Assembly: GCA_049999805.1 (NCBI GenBank)
Contig: JBNGIO010005430.1
Span: 1 to 44,100, forward strand
DNA: 44,100 nt
Direction: 5' to 3'
Source of the DNA: Folioceros fuciformis
Lineage: Eukaryota
Under the pieces are notes generated by a model, which had not been told where the DNA came from, made no database searches, and saw only the letters and a program-made list of their open reading frames with translations. A program made the position numbers and the translations under genes. Each line of letters starts with the position of its first letter. The stretch's first letter is position 1. Shown one piece after another: positions 1 to 9,772 of the stretch.

Positions 1-1206
1 CCAAGTGGATGACGAGGCATCAATTGCTCGAAGACTGGAATCCCACCCACTGCAGGTCCACCACTGTTCCAAAAAAAGGAAATCAGCGACAGGTAGTCCC
101 ATCACCGTCCCGAAATCAGTACGTCCGAGACAGGTAGTCCATCAGTGTGCAGAAATAGAAGACCTTCGTATCAAAGCACACAGAAGCACAATCGACGCAC
201 ATAACTGTACCAGCCAAGTACTCAATAATCTGGAGAAACTTCCACTGCTTGGTGTCCTTCCTGTCAACCTTTGCCACAAAATCAGTGTAAGGTGGACACG
301 ACATGCCTGATGTCTCATTCCGCCTGCCCACTGACTTCGCGACAAGAAAATAGCAGTCACAGGAATAGGGTTGTACACGACATTCTACCTTGCGGTAAAA
401 CACAGGCGCCTGATTGTCTTCGCAGTCTTCTTCAAATTTTTGGCCAAGACCAAAAGCAAGCGTTTCTCTGTTTGTTGCTGTTTCAAATTCAAGTAGCTGG
501 GTTCAGCCATTGCTGGTACCGTGATGATAGTGTCCCTGCTCATGGTCTTGAGCAAAAACTTGAAGAAGGCCATGTCGACATGCTGGGATTTTGGAACCAA
601 AGTTCTGCTTGCGATAGTGTGCCACTATCCTTTCATCAGGATTCAGGAGTTGCAGTGTCCCAGCCCTCTGCAAACCTCGATGCATGCTTCCAAGTTCAAC
701 CTAGAAACATCCATCGAAATGCAATCCCAGAAACCCTTGCCATTTCTCCCGCCTGCCTACTTCATTGTGCCTCCTCCCAAGCGACAATCGCCAGCTACTG
801 AAGCAACAAGCCAGACGGATAGTCTACCTGCAACATTTTTCGGAGAGGCTGAGGCTCAAGGTTGCAGGCTTATGATCGATCCTATCACAGTAGAAACTGA
901 CAGGATTCAGGGACTTATTTGTCATCTCCAAACACATTTGACATGCACATTTTGGCCATACGAATGTATGGCCAAAATGTGAGACCTGAGAAGGAGGTAC
1001 TGCTGTGAACTCCTCAGCAAGAACAGACGAGAAGAAAAGGCTGTGCAACATTGCACCACGGAACGGATGTATGGTAGGCGTTGAGCAAGCTGCAGGTTAA
1101 GTTTCCCTTACATTATCACTAGAAAGAGAGACAAGCTGGCAAGCTGCATACTCCTTGCACCTGGCCCAGGAGAAAAACTGAGCGAATTCGTTCGTTAAGA
1201 TGTCCA

Positions 1207-3680
1207 TCAATGATGACCCCGACATGAACAAGAACCATCTGAGAAATGGTGTACTTGGTGGGCATCTCTGATAATGATCTCGCGCTTCTCAAGCCGTGAC
1301 AACGTCTTCAAGCTACTGTGGCAGTCATTGCACATGCGCAGATTTTTGGTAATCAGCAAAGGTGTGCCATCTGGGGTTTTCAGGAGACCATATGCCAAGG
1401 CCAGTATTTCTGCATGTCCGCATAAGACATCTTCCTTCTCCCCAGCAGAGACAGCCTTGAGCAACAGGCCTGTTTGTGGCATCATGCCCTCTTCCTCCAT
1501 CGTAATCACATCAATATTGCTGAGCAATGCCGGAAACTCACAGCTCTTCTCTCCCACACAAAATTGATGCACCTTGTTCTTTACCTCTATGCATGCCCTT
1601 GCAGACTTCTTCCAAGCACCTGCAGCCTTTCTCAGGTTCTCCACACGTTCTAAATCCTCATACCTACCAGCGTCTGCATACAAGTTGGCCATAAGTACAT
1701 AAGCAGTTGCATTGTCAGGTTCCAGTTCCACGAGATGCTGGAAACACCGGCTGGCACGCTCTGCATCACCATAACTGTTGCAGGCACTAAGCAATGACCT
1801 CCACGATACAGAATGATCGTCAAATGGCTTAGTATTCAGAAAGGTCTCTGCCTCGTCCAGACAGCCCGACCGTCCAAGAAGATCGACCATGCAATTATAG
1901 TGGTAATCCGTGGGCACAATGCCATGCTCCTCCACCATTATCTTAAAATACTCCTGGCCCTCACATACCAGGCCTGCATGGCTACATGCCACCAGCAGAC
2001 AAATAAAAATCGTCTCAGTAGGCTCATGACCTTGCTCACACATCTCTTCAAAACATTCAATTGCAGACTGAGCATCACCATGTTCTGCATAGCCATTGAG
2101 CAGAGCACTCCATGTAACTGCATCTCGTATGGAAAGCCTCTTAAAAACCCTGCGGGCATCATCCAGCCTACCGCATTTAACATACATATCAACCAAGCCA
2201 TTACCGACGAGCAAATCATCTCCCAATCCCTGCTCCTCTATCTGCACATGCAACTGCTTACCCTGAAGCACGGCCCCTACATTAGCGCATGCCTGAAGGA
2301 GGCATACAAATGTGACCTGATTGGCAGGAGTTACACATTGTTGTTGCATGACCACGTACAGATCAAGGGCTTCTTGCGCAAATCCATTCTGAGCGTATCC
2401 TGATACCATGGATGTCCATGTCACCAGATCCCTCGTGGGCAACCTGTCAAACACTCTACGAGCATCCTCTAGACTTCCGCATTTCGCATACATGTCCACA
2501 AGACAGTTCCCGACAACAAGATCAGATTCCAGTCCTCTTCGCTCAATCTGTGCATGCAGCTGCTTGCCTTGGTGCAGCGCTCCAGCCCCAGCACAAGCCC
2601 GGAGGAGACATGCAAAAGTGTAATGATTTCCAGGAGTCATACCTTCCACCTGCATACGTGCATACAGATCAAGAGCTTCTTGCCACATCCCCAGCTGCGC
2701 ATACCCTGTGATTAAGGCAGTCCACGTCACCACATCTTTAGACGTCATACCTTCGAACAGCCTACAAGCATCTTCCAAGCTCCCGCACTTGGCATACATA
2801 TCCACCAGAGCGTTACCAACAAACACGCCTAGCCTCGTCCCACTCTCCACAACATCACCATGAACCTCCTTCCCTGCAGCCAAGTCCGATGCACCAGCAC
2901 AAGCCTTGAGAACTGCCACAAATATATGGTCATCTGCCTGGACAGTCGACTCCCGCATTCTCCGGTACAGCGCTATAGCCTCTGCTGGCTGCCCATGCCG
3001 AGCATACGCTAAAATAATAGAAGACCACATGTACGAATTAGGAACAGCGACGGTGTCAAACACACGTCTTGCTTCGTCCAGCTTCCCATGAGCGGCATAC
3101 ATACCTATAATATGGTTAGCCAAGAACGCGCTCCCCTCATACCCACACCTCAGACAAAGGTCATGCACACGCCTCCCAAGCACGAAAGCCTTCTCCGCTA
3201 CACACCTCTTCAACATCCGGTACAGCAGCGACTCACTTATCACACGACCCTGCTTAACAAGTCGGTCCAACTCCCTAACAGCATCAGCCAGCTCTCCTTC
3301 CTCAGGCCGCCTGCTCAACCGTTCCACCAAAACCCCGCTCACCCNNNNNNNNNNNNNNNNNNNNNNNNNNNNNNNNNNNNNNNNNNNNNNNNNNNNNNNN
3401 NNNNNNNNNNNNNNNNNNNNNNNNNNNNNNNNNNNNNNNNNNNNGCCCCCCTTACAGCCACCTTGGAACCCACGCACAAGGACTTCCCTCTCTCCCGCAG
3501 CTCATCCTCCAAAGTCTTGTACCTGACACCAGGTCCGCCTGGACTCCCCTTCCCCGCCAGGACTGATGAAGGACATGCATGGCAGTCCCAGGCCCATAGC
3601 CAGCTCGGCTGCACCCGAGCAGCTTGCAGTGAAGACTCGGGCAGCACAGCCCGCAGCCCTGGCTGCACCAGCAGCGCCAT
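1207..3680 (-). CDS. PLS-class PPR protein with E1/E2 and a DYW:KP-type deaminase domain (organellar RNA editing factor, U-to-C candidate)
   Basis: ORF 1207..3477 shows repeated P-L-S motifs (LVDMYAKCGSLEDA, VTWTALITGYA, TFACLLRACA). These are followed by WKKSARACIEVKNKVHQF, GHAEILALAYGLL, KNLRMCNDCH and the C-terminus CSCRGHH. The likely true ATG is at 3680 (MALLVQPGLRA..., transit-peptide-like). A 100-N gap at 3345-3444 breaks the frame, so the N-terminus is inferred. Confidence 0.93.
3345..3444. other. assembly gap (100 N) inside the PPR 5' coding region
   Basis: Run of exactly 100 N. Confidence 0.99.
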
Positions 3681-3828
3681 ATTCACGGCCCGTCAGGCCG
3701 TACCCTCGTCCACCTCGGTGCCGCCATGCCGCCGGAATTCTCAGCTCGTCTTCCCGTGAAGCCTGAACGCCGATGTCCAAGCGACACTCTTCGAATCAAA
3801 CAAGGTTGAGAGTGGCCTAGAATTCATT

Positions 3829-4139
3829 TCATCCCATCTCCAGGAGCCAGCTTTCTTCACGACGGAACATCATGTGTCTAGGAGCCTGAAAGGCGCGATT
3901 CGAATTGCTGAACCCGACTCCCAATCTCCGTTGCTCTTGGCCCTTCAATGCCATGTTCCCCTCGAAAATAAATAACGCTTCCATAAGTCTTTCATGTATC
4001 CTATGGTGAAGCCATTCCACGAGGTCGTTTTTCTTCTTTCAATCTTACGATTTATTTCATTCCAAAAGTCTGTAAGATCTCTCTTGCTCTTCAAGGTCTT
4101 TCTCTCAACAATCCTCGATTGTACGTGATGCTTATCCAT
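3829..4139 (-). pseudogene. frameshifted, truncated paralog fragment of the 4199-5110 unknown protein
   Basis: Two overlapping short ORFs (3945..4139 and 3829..4020). The second carries G-x10-RLGV...MFRREESWLLEM, which matches G-x10-RLGV...MFRRSVIFKLEL in the + strand ORF. Confidence 0.45.
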
Positions 4140-4198
4140 CCTCCCTTAGCTCTGCAAGCTCTGTTTTTTTTAACAGCAACACTCTACTTGAGCTTAAT

Positions 4199-5110
4199 GT
4201 GCTATCCTCTCTCCCCGACTTTGAAAGGAATCCTTTATTTTACAATCACCCAACAATTTTTGATGTTGTCGCTTGCAGGCAACTTGTGAGAAGTGTGCAC
4301 ATACAAGTTATGGAATCATCATCTGCAAAATTGGACACTATTGCAATAACTCCATCCTTACCTAACCTTTCTATATTCAAGCTTGATGTTTCCTCAATTT
4401 TCAAAAAAAATCGAATAGAGGTGCACATGCAAGATACAGAAACATGTGTTGATATTCCATTCGGAGGTGGACAGTGGATACACCTCAAGATCAAGAAAAG
4501 CACAAAACATAACGATTTGTTGAAGGACATGTTAGTAAGACAAATGTACCACGACTTGAACTTAGTAAGGCAGCTTAATGGCCCATGGGAGGCTAATGAG
4601 AAGCGACTGGTGCGATTAGGTGTAAGGTATATAAGGACAGAACCTGAGAGTCCTGAAAGAGGAGTAATAATGAAAATGTTTCGAAGGTCAGTGATCTTCA
4701 AGTTGGAGCTGGAACGTTCCATTGTGCGAGCCTTGTCAAGGGACACCACAGTTTTTCAAGTCACCACAAAATGGGATCTTGAACAGAGATTGAACTACAT
4801 TCTACCCATAAGCATTGAAGACTGGACAAAAGAGTTTGCAACAAGTTGGGTGTACGATGGGTTCAAGAACCGTATTAATGACTTTGTTGATTGTCTGATA
4901 GAACTGAGTCATTTAGAGAGGTGGACAGAAAGCATATTATACCACAATGTTGAGTTGATTTCAACATCCGATAAAGAGTGGCTCAAGGACATATTGGCAA
5001 AATTTCGAATGAATAACAAAGTTCTTAGACGCCACTTGGCAGCAACAATACATGAGATGGCCACATCTACGTCATATGTAGATCTTGAAACTTCAGATGA
5101 CAATGAATAG
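4199..5110 (+). CDS. hypothetical protein (303-codon uninterrupted ORF, family not recognised)
   Basis: A 912-nt open frame in AT-richer DNA with globular-protein-like composition. The first in-frame ATG is at 4310. A possible acceptor (gcttgcAG) ends at 4278, so this may be one exon of a spliced gene. Confidence 0.55.
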   Translation: MLSSLPDFERNPLFYNHPTIFDVVACRQLVRSVHIQVMESSSAKLDTIAITPSLPNLSIFKLDVSSIFKKNRIEVHMQDTETCVDIPFGGGQWIHLKIKKSTKHNDLLKDMLVRQMYHDLNLVRQLNGPWEANEKRLVRLGVRYIRTEPESPERGVIMKMFRRSVIFKLELERSIVRALSRDTTVFQVTTKWDLEQRLNYILPISIEDWTKEFATSWVYDGFKNRINDFVDCLIELSHLERWTESILYHNVELISTSDKEWLKDILAKFRMNNKVLRRHLAATIHEMATSTSYVDLETSDDNE

Positions 5111-5168
5111 ACACAAGTTTAGATTCGATAAGGAAGAGAGAGCTTTACACACCAACTAGCAATTGTAG

Positions 5169-5373
5169 TAGTAGTGGATGAGTTGAGATGAGACATTGTT
5201 TGTATTTAGAAAGTTTCTGGAATAAAAGTAGGTGTCACCTTCTAAAACTAGCCCCAACAACATAGGTATGCAATAGTATTGGATAAGTTGAGATGAGACA
5301 TTGTCTGTATCTAAAAGGTTTCTAGGATAAAAGTAGGTGTCACCTTTTAGAACTAGCCCTAACAACATAGGTA
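5169..5373. repeat. tandem duplication, 2 x 105 bp
   Basis: GGATRAGTTGAGATGAGACATTG...TAGGTGTCACCTT...AACAACATAGGTA occurs at 5176 and 5281. Confidence 0.9.
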
Positions 5374-5494
5374 GGATGGCTTGTATGTTTTCAAAGCGAT
5401 AATGATCAGATCCTACAAATCTTCCTGAGTTGTGCATCTGCATAATCTCCCCAGTCTTCCTACTTTTGCAAAGAATGCGGGGAGAAATAATGCC

Positions 5495-6108
5495 AAGCTT
5501 GAATTGTGCATGTGTACTCCCCACTCCTGTGAAACATGGATAAAAACAAAGACAAGCTTGATTTGTGTCCGTGCACTCCTACTCCTACAAGATGGAGATA
5601 GAAACAAAGACAGGCTTGGTTGGTGTGCACTCCCCAATTCTTCCAAGATGGAGATAGAAGCAAAGACCAGCTGGATTCGTGTATCAGCACTTTCCACTCC
5701 TACTAAAAACGGATACAAACAAAGACGACCTTGATTGGTGTGTATGTGCACTCCCCACTCCTGCAGAAGGCCGATAGAAACGAAGACAAGCTTGATTGGT
5801 GTGTACTGAATGTGCACTCCCCACTCCTGCAAAAGGCCGATAGAAACGAAGACAAGCTTGATTGGTGTGTACTGTATGTGCACTCCCAACTCCTGCAAAA
5901 GGCCGTTAGAAACAAAGACAAGCTTGATTGATGTGTGCATATGCAGTCCCTAGTTGAACAAAAAGCGCGTAGAAACAAAAGACATGCTTGATTGATGTAT
6001 GCGTGTACTCTCCCTACTCCTGCAAAAGGCGGATAGAAACAAAGACAAGCTTGATGTCTGTGTGTACAACCCCCGTCCCTTGGAAAGGCGGGTAGAAAAC
6101 GAAAGACA
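5495..6108. repeat. degenerate minisatellite array, ~10 units of ~56-66 bp
   Basis: Consensus approximately AAGCTTGATTGGTGTG(n)GCACTCCCCACTCCTGCAAAAGGCCGATAGAAACAAAGAC, repeated about 10 times. Confidence 0.92.
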
Positions 6109-6193
6109 AAGTGGATTGGGTTTTAGACACCGTTTGTCTGCACGTGCACCGACACACTGTGGAAACGCAGCCAGGAAGATGCCCGATTGGGGT

Positions 6194-8192
6194 TCAGGCC
6201 TTGTGTCTTCGCACGAGGACAGGCATGCCGAACTGTGTTCTGAGAGTCATGATAGCGGCAGGGGTGTGCTTGTAGGTGGGGGACACCTGGAAGGAGAAGC
6301 GTTGGAGCAGGGCGACCAGTATGAGCTTGGCCTCCATGAGAGCGAACGATCCGCCTAGGCATTTTCTGTGGCCGTTGGAGAAGGGAGCGAAGGCTGCAGG
6401 ATGCGTGCAGGCGTTGGCAATCCCGTTGGCGAACCTCTCCGGCTTGAAATCGTCTGCATCAGGTCCCCACACGGCCTTGTTTCTGTGGAGAAGGTGGAGC
6501 GGAATCCACAAACCGACTCCGGCCGGGAACACCACGTCTCCGATCCGGGTGTTGTCCGTGAACAGCTCCCGCACGATTGCGGGAGCAGGGGTGTAGAGCC
6601 GCAGCGCCTCGTTGATCACCATGCTGAGCTGCGTGCGTAGTTGCAGCAGGAGCTGTGAGCGAGCGAGGCGGGGAACGGAGCTTGCGATAATTCAGAAGCT
6701 AGGGGTTTGGCGGAGCGGCTTGACTCACAGTCTTGAGCCGGTTGAGAGCTTCCGGGTTGGTTGGAACGGCGCCCTGGCAGACTTCCGTTGCCTCGTCCCG
6801 GACCAGCTGCTGCCAGTTGGGGTTGAGGGCCAGCAGGAAGATGGTCCAGGTGAGGAGGATGGAGGTGGTCTCCTGCCCGGCCACGAAGAATGTCTTGCAC
6901 TCGTCGACCAGCAGCTGTTTGTCGAACTTGCCCTGACCTTCGGCGGCAGCCAGCATGAGGCCCAGTAGGTCAGTGCCGTAGGGGTGAAGACCGGGAGAGC
7001 TCTCGGCAGCGCTCTTCCTCCGCTGCTCGATGATGTTGAGCAGGGACGAGTTCACCAGTTTCCGCAGCTTCCATACCCTACGGTTGGCAGCCACCGGCAG
7101 CCACCTGCAGGAGCTCACGACGATGTCTTTCATTCACAGTGATGCGGGGGGAGGAGGAGGGGGATTGGGGTGAGTGTGGATTCACTCACGGAGACGGAGC
7201 GATTGTGGGCTGGGAGACGGACTTACTTGTAGCCAGGAATGAGCTCGAAGATGAAGTTGGACATTGAAACGGTCATGAGCTCGGCCAGGGTTGCGAAGGC
7301 TTGCTTCCCCATGTCGTAGCTGGCTCCGAATGCTGTGCGGGCGATGATGTCCCCGGTGGCCCAGGCCAAGTGCTCGGTCAACTCGATTTCCGCGGGCTCG
7401 TTCTGTGCGTCTGCCTCGCTCACCAGCTCGTCGAACTTCTCCGCCAGCTCCACCCCAGTTTTGGCCATGTCCTTCACCATTTCCTGCAAGCTCCATGTTA
7501 GCAGACAGCTTGCAAGCGAGATTGCAGGTCAACGTTGTGCTTGCCTACCTTGAGAGCGTCAGAGTGAAATGCCGGCCCCACGACCATCCTCTGCTCATGC
7601 CAGTCTTGCCCGTTGGCCATGACGATTCCTCGTCCCAAAATCTCCTTCGCCAGTTTCCGACTATTCTCTGCCTTGCCGTTCACTTCACGGGAGGCGAAAA
7701 AAATCTCCCGCACCATCTCCGGGTCTAGGATAGGGACGTAAGGCATGCGTCCTATCCAGTACACCACCTTGGGTCCTGCAACAACTCCACACTCCTGGCT
7801 GGAGAGCACGATACGGAAGGCGGCAACATCGGATTTCCAAATGGATGTGACGGCCTACCGAACTTCCGCAGCCACAGGCACTGGGGAGGCGAGAGCCGGT
7901 CGGTGATGCAGTGCGTGATGGAATCCAGGGGGCCTTTGGACAGAGCCGCCCTGGTGATCCTGGCAGTGTCGAAGGCATTGCCCACCAGAGGAGTGCAGGG
8001 CAGCACGTGATAGCCCTGCGCCTCCAGTTTGGCTTTCACCTGCATCTGCCATCGCCAACTCTTGATGGCGCCAACCACAAATTTCAACAGCTTGGCGCCC
8101 ACCAGGACCACAACGAACGTGATTGCTGTCCGCAACACGAGCCATTCTCCGTTCGATTCCCACAACCATGGCTTCTCTAAATCTGAATCCAT
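6194..8192 (-). CDS. cytochrome P450, CYP72 clan (5 exons)
   Basis: Exons are ~8192-7859, 7775-7549, 7483-7227, 7104-6729 and 6628-6194, with GT-AG introns. Motifs: N-terminal TM anchor, I-helix ECKTFFVAGQETT, EALR (ExxR), PERF and heme motif FSNGHRKCLG. An alternative in-frame ATG is at 8237. Confidence 0.95.
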
Positions 8193-8599
8193 TCTGTACC
8201 CAGTCCTGCTGCCAGAAGTGACTGTAAGAGCTACCATTCCCGGCCGAAGAAAAGGAAGTTGAGGACGATTTCAGATGCCCCGGCCCCTAGGTCCAACAAC
8301 CCGGACCCGGGATTAGCTTGCCGTGGTGCATCGTGATTCGATTTGGTATTCTTGCTTTGTCTTTATTGCACACATACGTGTGCATAGAATATGCTTTTAT
8401 AGCATGCAATCACGAGCAGGAATGTAAGACGTCGGCTTCGCATCTCTGCCATCGTCGACCTGCTTGGGATCAACAAGCTCGCCAGCCTTGTCGTCATCAT
8501 CGCGCCGGAGGTCGAAGCTATGGAGAAGGCGTGAAACTGAAGGCCGCCCTTCTTACTCTACACGAATCTAACCTGCTAGATCCCAATGTATGTTAAAGC

Positions 8600-8910
8600 T
8601 CTTCCCGGATGAGTCTCGGTTCACGAAGAGGTGGCCAGCTGCAGCAATGGCGTTGCTTAGGGCAGGCACAGGAAGCTGTCCACAATCGAAGTCGTTACGG
8701 CTGATGAGCATATCCAGGTGCATTACTGTTCAGGGGATTGCCAGCTTTTCACTGACGAAGGGGATCAGTGGAAAGTCCGATTGCAAGAAAAGCCCCATCA
8801 TGTAGGATCGGAGGACGAGGGAAGCTTCCTCTGCCACCTCTGCCTCGAGAAGATAAGCTTTCCAATGACTCTGCTATGCTAGCAGCTGAGGAATGCAGCA
8901 GGATTTTGAT
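8600..8910 (-). pseudogene. 3' fragment of a duplicated FAD monooxygenase gene
   Basis: 8661-8850 is clearly similar in nucleotide sequence to 9785-9970 (e.g. GGGATC.GTGGAAAGTCCGATTGCA and CTTCCTCTGCCACCTCTG). It carries a 1-bp indel, and no upstream exons are visible. Boundaries are approximate. Confidence 0.8.
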
Positions 8911-9772
8911 TTCCAGTACACTACCTGAGCCTACTAGACAGGTGAGCCAGGTTTTCAACTCAGAGTCGTCACCGATACCTCGAAGGACACATCGAAGCCC
9001 GCATTGGGATCTTGATTTCCAGTACACTCTCTGATGCTTCAGGCTTGAAAGCCCATGACCAGTGTTGCCAGGAAAGGGACACTGGTCAGAGACCTAATCA
9101 TCCAAAAACAACAGATGTAAAATCCTAGTAGTGACGGAGTCAAGAAAACAGCGTCAGTGCCAATTCTGAAACCATCTCCCGCCTCACGAATGTTGTGATC
9201 AATTACCTACGGCCACCGAGACCAAGGCCCATCTACGTACTTACAACTGATGCCATCACACCACACTTGATGCGATCTATACAATATTAAATCACTGTGG
9301 CCGACGTCCCCTGCATGGCAACGCTTACTTGCTGTCCAAACAAAAGCCGCCAACGAGGAATAAGGGGAAATGGATTGTCGTATCTGCCAAAGGGATTTGC
9401 GATCGGGCCAGAACAACTACGTAGGGCTTGTGAAGATAAGTCACTTATGGTCCCATTGCAAGCTAGGAACAACACAGGAGCATATGGACAAGGCACCTTT
9501 ATGCCCTTCGTGGGTGTAGAAGCATATTCTGGATGCTTTCCCTTGTTGCCCAAGGCAAGTCATGCCTATTTCGATTGGTGAGACGAAGGAATGGCAAGAG
9601 TGGCACTTACTGGCTTGATCCTCGTCCTACCCAAACTGCCGAAGGATGAAGTGCAGGAACGCCAATGCCGAGCAGCACAAGCGAGGATGGCAGGAAGGAA
9701 CACTGGGGCTTTCAAGTGTCAAGTTCATTGTTGTGGCTGCGATTATGATGGGTCTCAATAGGAGAGAGCTGG

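Noticed and set aside
1-1100. Possible decayed F-box-like gene on the - strand (LAQRLP.IRSVVQC, HSLFFSS)
   Set aside because: The resemblance is faint and split across frames with many stops. It cannot be supported without a profile search.
3445-3477. PPR start at 3477 as given by the ORF track
   Set aside because: This is an artefact of the arbitrary 100-N gap length. The ATG at 3680 is more plausible.
5413-5978. Repetitive ORFs over the minisatellite
   Set aside because: The open frames are by-products of the tandem repeat, and unit lengths are not consistently multiples of 3.
5495-6108. CRISPR array
   Set aside because: The units are homologous along their whole length with no unique spacers, no cas genes are present, and the context is eukaryotic.
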